From Holophagales bacterium (GTDB taxonomy: Bacteria > Acidobacteriota > Thermoanaerobaculia > Multivoradales > Multivoraceae): DNA of 64,000 nt. The translations under genes and the position numbers were made by a program. Location of the stretch: the NCBI GenBank assembly GCA_009837885.1, contig VXSP01000045.1, positions 325,526 to 389,525 on the forward strand. Reading direction: 5' to 3'. Positions 58,731 through 64,000 of this stretch are shown one piece after another (the stretch's first letter is position 1; each line of letters starts with the position of its first letter). Below the pieces are notes generated by a model. It was not told where the DNA came from and did not search any database. It was given only the letters and a program-made list of their open reading frames with translations.

Positions 58731-59776
58731 GAGTCGCCTACCTTCTGCCCGGCGCCGCCCTCTACGGCGGCGTCAAGGTGGTCTTGCAGCACGCCCGGGC
58801 GCTCCGCAGCCTCGGAGTCGACGCGACCGTCCACTCGCCGGATCCGTGCCCGGCCTGGTTCGACGGGGCGGACGCCTTCTACCGGCAGGTTCGGGCCCTC
58901 GACCGGCGATCGCTGCCGCGGGTCGAGGTGGCGGTGGGGACGCTGGCGCCGACGGTCGCTCCGGCGATCGAGGTCGCCGAGTACCTGGCGTGCCACCTGT
59001 GCCAGGGCTACGAGCCGGCCCACGAGACGCTGTCTCGCGCCGAGCGCGCTGGGATGCTGGCGGCGTACGAGTTGCCGGCCCGGAAGCTGGTCGTGTCGCC
59101 TCACCTCGTCCGCACGGTTCGCGAGCGGCACGGCGTCGAGGCTCACTGGATTCCGCAGCCGTTCGAGCCGGCGCTGTTCCGACCCCCGGAGGAGGAACGA
59201 GAAGACGATGGCCGGCTACGTGTGCTCGTTAGCGGCCACTGGGATCTCGAAGTCAAGGGAGTCGCCTGGTGCCTGCGCGCACTACGGCCGCTCTTCGAAC
59301 GAAGCGGTCGCCGTCTCGACCTGGTGCGCCTGTCGCTCGACGCGGATGCCGAGGAAGTCTCCTTCTGGCCGGAAGCGGAGCGGCATCGTCACGTTCTTCC
59401 CGCCGAGGTTCCGGCATTGATCCGAGGCGTCGACCTGTGCATCGGACCGTCGTCGCCGCTCGAAGGCTTCGGCCTGCTCGCGCTCGAAGCGATGGGCTGC
59501 GCCCGTTCCTGCGTTCTGACGGAGATTCCCTCCCACCGCGACCTCGATCCCGAAGACCGGGCCTCGATCAAGGTGCCGTTCGGCGACGCGGAGGCGCTTC
59601 GAGTTGCGGTGGAATGCCTGTGGCGCGACCGCGACCTGCGGTGGCGGCTCGGCATGGCGGGGCGGGCGATCGCCGAAACGTACACGGAACGCCGCACCGG
59701 CGAAGCGCTGATGCGGGCGTTCGGCGTCGACCCGGTGAGGCGGCAGCCCGCGGCTCAGACGAAGATCGAGACGTAG
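58727..59776 (+). CDS. Glycosyltransferase family 1 (GT4-like)
   Basis: Conserved N-terminus LRVAYLLPGAALYGGVKVV. C-terminal EGFGLLALEAMGCARSCVLTEI. There is no ATG/GTG/TTG before the conserved N-terminus; CTG at 58727 overlaps the upstream TGA. Confidence 0.7.
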   Translation: MRVAYLLPGAALYGGVKVVLQHARALRSLGVDATVHSPDPCPAWFDGADAFYRQVRALDRRSLPRVEVAVGTLAPTVAPAIEVAEYLACHLCQGYEPAHETLSRAERAGMLAAYELPARKLVVSPHLVRTVRERHGVEAHWIPQPFEPALFRPPEEEREDDGRLRVLVSGHWDLEVKGVAWCLRALRPLFERSGRRLDLVRLSLDADAEEVSFWPEAERHRHVLPAEVPALIRGVDLCIGPSSPLEGFGLLALEAMGCARSCVLTEIPSHRDLDPEDRASIKVPFGDAEALRVAVECLWRDRDLRWRLGMAGRAIAETYTERRTGEALMRAFGVDPVRRQPAAQTKIET

Positions 59777-60864
59777 AAGCCGGCCGTGGCCAGGCTCTCG
59801 CGGTCGGGTGTCATCGACGCGGGAAGCGCGTCGATGCGCTCCGGCAGGGGAGTGGTCTGGGCGTCGATCCGGTAGCGGTCGAAACCGGCCGCGTGGAGCC
59901 AGTCCTCGAGCGTGCGGCGAGTGAAGAAGCGGACGTGGGTAGCGCAGAGCAGACCCATGGGCACATAGTCCCATCGTCCGGCGATCAGGTCCTCGACCAC
60001 CGAGTAGTGGCCGACGTTGGGCACCGAGAAGACCATCCGGCCGCCGGGACGGAGCCAGCCGGCGGCCCGTTCCAGGAACGCCTGACCGTCCGTGAGATGT
60101 TCGAAGAGTTCGAAGGCGACGATGGCGTCGAAGGTCTCTCCGGGTTCCACGGTCTGGACGTCGCCCCGGATCACCCGGTCGAGCCGCCTCTCGGCCGCCA
60201 GTGCCGCTTCAGGATTCAGTTCGATGCCGACAGTGCGGCAGCCGAAACGGTCCTTGATCAGGGCCGCGGTCGCCCCGCGGCCGCAGCCGACCTCCAGAAC
60301 GGAGGATTCGGGCCCGAGGTCTTGGGGCAGGAGCGGCAGGACATCGGCACGTTCGCCGCCGTAGTAGTCGATGAACTCGTAGCAGAGGCCGGCTCGCGGA
60401 CCGGGTATCCGCTCGCCCGCGGCCAACCGTGCAGCGGCCGCGGTCGACAGCAGCGCGGCGGGGGAGGCCGCTTCGCCGGAAAGTGGCCCGGCCGTGTTTG
60501 TGGAGTCGGAGGCGAGCCATGCGGTCTCGGCCTGTTCAAAGTCGGCCAGAGTGAACAGGTCGCTGCTTGCTTCCGGGCCGGTTGTTGTCAGGTCGGTGGC
60601 GTAGAGGGCGCCGTTGCCTCCGTCGCGGCTGTTCGCCGCGAGTTCCTCCCGCATTCTGCGCAGGGACTTGCGGCCGATCAGGACGCGGCAGGACCCCAGG
60701 ACGAGGGTCGCTTCCGTGTCGTCGGGCGGTTCGGCTGGCAGCTCTGAAACAACCTGGACCTCGCCGAACACGGCGCGCGCCTCGCCGACCAGCCAGCGAC
60801 GGAGATACCACCACTCGGCTGACGCCTCGGCCTCGGCGTCCCAGGGCAGGACCAGCAGGAGCAT
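59755..60864 (-). CDS. Class I SAM-dependent methyltransferase with N-terminal extension
   Basis: VLEVGCGRGATAALI (motif I), AIVAFELFEHL, PGGRMVF. Convergent 22-nt overlap with the GT gene. Confidence 0.7.
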   Translation of the reverse strand: MLLLVLPWDAEAEASAEWWYLRRWLVGEARAVFGEVQVVSELPAEPPDDTEATLVLGSCRVLIGRKSLRRMREELAANSRDGGNGALYATDLTTTGPEASSDLFTLADFEQAETAWLASDSTNTAGPLSGEAASPAALLSTAAAARLAAGERIPGPRAGLCYEFIDYYGGERADVLPLLPQDLGPESSVLEVGCGRGATAALIKDRFGCRTVGIELNPEAALAAERRLDRVIRGDVQTVEPGETFDAIVAFELFEHLTDGQAFLERAAGWLRPGGRMVFSVPNVGHYSVVEDLIAGRWDYVPMGLLCATHVRFFTRRTLEDWLHAAGFDRYRIDAQTTPLPERIDALPASMTPDRESLATAGFYVSIFV

Positions 60865-60899
60865 GGCGTGATCGTAGCGTTGGCCCGAGGCGCGGGTCC

Positions 60900-61970
60900 C
60901 TACAGTCTCTCCATCACCTCATCGTGGAACTGCTGGATGACCCGTTCCTGGGTCGCCAGCGAAGGCAGGAGCATGAGCTGGTCGAGACCGGCGTCGGCGA
61001 GGGTGCGGACCTGTGCCCGTACCTCCTCGGCCGTACCCGCAAGGCAGGAGGCGCGGATGAGATCAGGGGTGACGAACCTCTCTTCTTCCGGCAGGGAGTA
61101 CGTACAGTGCCCGGCGTGGACGCGCAGGTGGCGCCCTCTCGCCGGCGTCTGCTCGACCAGCGCGCAGTACTCGTCCCAGACCGGCCGCACGTGCGGCGGC
61201 GGCTCGCGGTCGAACTGGTGCTGCTGGTCGTACAGGTAGTGCAGGCCGGAGAGGACGAAGGGCCCGCACTCCTCGATCACCCGCGGCGAGGTCAGGTCCT
61301 CGCCGGGCTCGAGAATCACGGCCGTGGTAAGCGAGCAGGTGTAGAAGCTGTCGGCGTCGAAGTCCCGGCCGGCCGCCTCGGCGCCCCGGCCGCAGTTCTC
61401 GATCGCGCGATCGAACAGCGAGGCGTTCGGCGGAATCGACATGACCAGGCCGTCGCCGACCTCGCCGGCCAGGCCCTGGCTCTTGGGACCGAAGCCGGAG
61501 ACGTACATCGGGATGCGCGGCTCGGTGGCGATGAAGCCCTGTTCCTCCATGAGGAAGCGGAGCGGCTCCGTGCGGCCGCGGAACGTGAAGTCGACCTCCT
61601 GGCCGTCGAGCAGCGCCCGCACCACGCGCAGGTACTCGCCGAACTCCTGGACGCCGACCGGGCGGTGCCCCATCAGTCGGAGCGCCGTGTTGCCGGCGCC
61701 GATGCCGAGGAAGGTGCGTCCCGGAGCGATGCGGTTGATCGTCGCGATGCTGTGCGCCGTGACCGGCGCGATCCGCGTGCCGGTGATCGCGACGCCGGTC
61801 CCGAGCCTGATCCGGCTCGTCCGCTCCGCCGCCAGCGCCAGCACCGCGTAGCAGTCCGACCAGATCATCTGGCTGTCGGCGATCCACGCATGGCTGTACC
61901 CGAGCGCTTCCGCCCTCTCGATGTAGCCGATGTCGTCGATCTTGCTGGCGACGCAGACGCCGAAGTCCAT
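60900..61970 (-). CDS. LLM-class (luciferase-like) flavin/F420-dependent oxidoreductase
   Basis: ATG at 61970 (MDFGVCVAS...). TIM-barrel LLM motifs (LGYSHAWIADS, LGIGAGNT). The track ORF is over-extended. Confidence 0.8.
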   Translation of the reverse strand: MDFGVCVASKIDDIGYIERAEALGYSHAWIADSQMIWSDCYAVLALAAERTSRIRLGTGVAITGTRIAPVTAHSIATINRIAPGRTFLGIGAGNTALRLMGHRPVGVQEFGEYLRVVRALLDGQEVDFTFRGRTEPLRFLMEEQGFIATEPRIPMYVSGFGPKSQGLAGEVGDGLVMSIPPNASLFDRAIENCGRGAEAAGRDFDADSFYTCSLTTAVILEPGEDLTSPRVIEECGPFVLSGLHYLYDQQHQFDREPPPHVRPVWDEYCALVEQTPARGRHLRVHAGHCTYSLPEEERFVTPDLIRASCLAGTAEEVRAQVRTLADAGLDQLMLLPSLATQERVIQQFHDEVMERL

Positions 61971-62201
61971 GGGGCCGGCAGTGTACCGCCGGAAGCTTCG
62001 GCTGCACCCGCCCGTTCCGGGCCTCAGGGGAGAGGGTCCCAGCGGGCTGGGCGGCGTAGACGTGCGTGCAGGCCCAACAGTGCATCGTCCTGGAGCCTTT
62101 GGCGGCGCAGTCTTGGCGGGTTCTGGTCCTTGTCGACCGTCTAGCCACCGGGAACTCATGCACCGACCTTGTGTTCTAACAGAATACTGTAAATTTAGTG
62201 A

Positions 62202-63260
62202 GTGCTGCTCCTGAGCCAGAGACCCTTGCGAGACAGAGATGGCGATCGGGCGCTCTTCACGGGTCGAGAGCCTGAGCTCGATCGCCTACTGCGAGCGTCC
62301 CGAGTTGGATTCAACGCCATCGTCTTGGGTGATCGAGGTGCAGGTACTAGCTCGTTGCTGGCTCGACACGCTTCCCACCTCGAAGGCCGGGGCGGTCGAG
62401 TGTGCCTCGTGACGGGAACCGCGGTCGACTCGATGCGTGGGCTCGCGGAAGCGATCCGACTCGCTGCCGAGGGAAGGCGGACTGTCGGCCGCGTTCCACC
62501 GGCTCAGGAACGGGGAGAGGACGAGCAGTCGGTACTCGGCAGGTTGATCCACGGTGACCCGCAGTCCTTGGGCCGGCTGCGTGACGTGTGCTTCGAGTTG
62601 GAGGAGTCCAACAACAGTGGGCGGCTGACCGTCATTCTCGACAATGTGCTGCGGCCAGAGATGGTCCACGGGCTCTTCGGCCGGTGCCGGGACGAAGTCT
62701 GGGAGTTACCAACGCGATGGGTGATTGCGGGGCGAGCAGATCGGCGCAGCCAGTATCTGAAGCCGCCGGCCGACTCCTTCTTCGACACTGAGGTGTACGT
62801 CGGAGCTCTTGAACCGGGAGTAGCGCGAGAACTGGTCCTTGCGCGCCTGAAGTCAGCCTTGCCCGAAGAGCGTGTCGACGCGGAACGAATCCGGCGCCGG
62901 CTTGACCAGATCGTGGAGCGCGGCGCGGGGAATCCCCGGCGGCTCTTGTCAGCGGCCAGGGACGTGCTCCTTAGTACCCAGGAGGAAGCGGAGAGCGGCG
63001 ACTCTGCCCTCGCCGCCGCTGCGTCGCTAGGCAAGACGGAGTTTGCTGCACTGCACTACTTGATGGACAGGGGCCCCGCGAGCGCGTCTGACTCGGAGTT
63101 CCAGGCAGACCTTGGAGTGACCCGTTCGCGTGCCACCCAGGTCCTGAAACGACTCGAAGACTCGAATCTCGTCACGGTCTTCGAGACGCGAACCGGCCGC
63201 GGCAGGCCGCGGAAGCTCTATCGTTCGATCGGCAGCGCGAGTGCGGAGGATCCTGCATGA
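62202..63260 (+). CDS. NTPase-like domain protein with degenerate P-loop and C-terminal winged-helix DNA-binding domain
   Basis: LFTGREPELDRLL...IVLGDRGAGTSSLL: Walker-A-like but lacking the Lys. C-terminal wHTH (LGVTRSRATQVLKRLEDSNLVTVFETRTGRGRPRKLY). The segment has lower GC than the rest of the window. Confidence 0.5.
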   Translation: MLLLSQRPLRDRDGDRALFTGREPELDRLLRASRVGFNAIVLGDRGAGTSSLLARHASHLEGRGGRVCLVTGTAVDSMRGLAEAIRLAAEGRRTVGRVPPAQERGEDEQSVLGRLIHGDPQSLGRLRDVCFELEESNNSGRLTVILDNVLRPEMVHGLFGRCRDEVWELPTRWVIAGRADRRSQYLKPPADSFFDTEVYVGALEPGVARELVLARLKSALPEERVDAERIRRRLDQIVERGAGNPRRLLSAARDVLLSTQEEAESGDSALAAAASLGKTEFAALHYLMDRGPASASDSEFQADLGVTRSRATQVLKRLEDSNLVTVFETRTGRGRPRKLYRSIGSASAEDPA

Positions 63261-63955
63261 GTCGCCACCTCCTCGTGTGGCTGCTCCAGACCCACGCCTT
63301 CGACGATGCTTCGCCACGCCACGACACCCGAGGCTACGAGCTGCCTACGGTACTCGGCGACCAGACTCTTCGGTACGTCCACGGCGGCATGGCTCCTCGT
63401 ACGCTGCCATGGCCGGGGCTGGAAGGAGTCGCTCCCGGCCAGAAGGGGCCAGCCGACTTTGGCCTGTCCTCGGCTTGGCCGCCGCAGCGACCGCTGCGTG
63501 CCGAGCGTCGACCAGTGACGACGACGCGGGAGGAGGTGATGGCGAACGTCTATGCGGCGTTCGGTTGGCGTGGAAGTCGCGAAGAGGGCGACGAACGGGT
63601 CGTTGTCCTGTCTGTGCGGACGCCGCCGGGCCTTCGGGACGTCCGGATCGACCACGGATTCGTGGAGCATGTGGCCAGGCACGCGAATCGCGGTGCCTTC
63701 GCGAACTACGTTTTGCCAACCCTGAAGGAACCCCATGAGGTCTGGTTGACGCACGTAGGTTCCAGTAGGGGTGGGGCCTTTCGGCATCACTTTCTTGCGG
63801 CTTTCGATGATGGAGTGACCGCGGTTGTCGTCGTGGAGCCCGGCGAGGCGCCGGTTGCTTGGAACTTCTTCCCCGTAAGGCGCCGGACGGATGTCCGGAA
63901 ACGGCGAAAGGGCATGCTCCTCTACTCTCGGCGCCAAGAAGGCGGGGAGGGCTGA
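63257..63955 (+). CDS. Hypothetical protein, translationally coupled to the NTPase-like/wHTH gene
   Basis: ATGA start/stop overlap. 232-aa ORF in the same lower-GC segment. No domain recognised. Confidence 0.45.
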   Translation: MSRHLLVWLLQTHAFDDASPRHDTRGYELPTVLGDQTLRYVHGGMAPRTLPWPGLEGVAPGQKGPADFGLSSAWPPQRPLRAERRPVTTTREEVMANVYAAFGWRGSREEGDERVVVLSVRTPPGLRDVRIDHGFVEHVARHANRGAFANYVLPTLKEPHEVWLTHVGSSRGGAFRHHFLAAFDDGVTAVVVVEPGEAPVAWNFFPVRRRTDVRKRRKGMLLYSRRQEGGEG

Positions 63956-64000
63956 CGGGCGCGCGTCGCGGGTTAGGAGAGGCTGGAGCCTGCCGCCGCC

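Noticed and set aside
62181-62200. Possible LexA/SOS box in ACAGAATACTGTAAA upstream of the NTPase-like gene
   Set aside because: The arms are in ACAG-N4-CTGT order, not the CTGT-N8-ACAG SOS-box geometry. Likely coincidental in an AT-rich promoter.

Overview
High-GC (about 70%) bacterial chromosomal segment, densely coding, with no rRNA, tRNA, CRISPR or transposase genes seen. The lineage is uncertain; the gene content (TonB receptor, DUF1800/DUF1501 pair, PSCyt1-like CxxCH domain, PQQ dehydrogenases, ACIII-like genes) would fit Gemmatimonadota, Acidobacteriota or Planctomycetota-like bacteria.

Genes in order along the window:
- 5'-partial TPR protein
- ~1240-aa secreted LTD + endonuclease/exonuclease/phosphatase (EEP) nuclease with FN3 and two novel Cys-containing C-terminal repeats
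- aldo/keto reductase
- TAT-secreted DUF1800/DUF1501 pair
- NYN-domain protein
- possible HicB/HicA pair
- minus-strand respiratory operon: class-II-like cytochrome c, two paralogous 4-TM proteins, a PQQ dehydrogenase and a quinohemoprotein PQQ alcohol dehydrogenase
- DUF1330, DUF418, alpha/beta hydrolase, lipoprotein, GST
- sulfotransferase, exonuclease III, GNAT
- SDR-type epimerase
- TAT-secreted PhoD-like phosphatase with an apparent frameshift, divergent from a TonB-dependent receptor
- MarR–MFP–RND efflux operon
- TMEM220-like protein
- PHM/DBH-like copper monooxygenase carrying an N-terminal CxxCH domain
- SMC
- pyrR-pyrB-pyrC with GTGA start/stop overlaps
- SDR, TcuA-like flavoprotein, M23 peptidase, HAD hydrolase
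- respiratory cluster: ACIII-like membrane subunits (ActC, ActD, ActF homologues) without ActA/ActB/ActE, bracketed by two paralogous amicyanin-like cupredoxins and followed by aa3-type oxidase genes coxA-coxC-coxD-x-coxB
- Gfo/Idh/MocA oxidoreductase, GT1 glycosyltransferase, methyltransferase, LLM flavin oxidoreductase
- lower-GC terminal segment: degenerate-P-loop NTPase-like/wHTH protein plus an overlapping hypothetical gene

Non-coding signals read directly from the sequence:
- a 34-bp perfect inverted repeat pair flanking 106 bp (MITE-like)
- a family of three near-identical REP-like hairpins at gene 3' ends
- a two-hairpin intergenic element, possibly a minus-strand sRNA
- direct repeats in the PhoD/TonB divergent promoter
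- at least three genes whose conserved N-termini seem to require CTG initiation overlapping the upstream TGA

Many long alternative-frame ORFs in the track are GC-driven artefacts.
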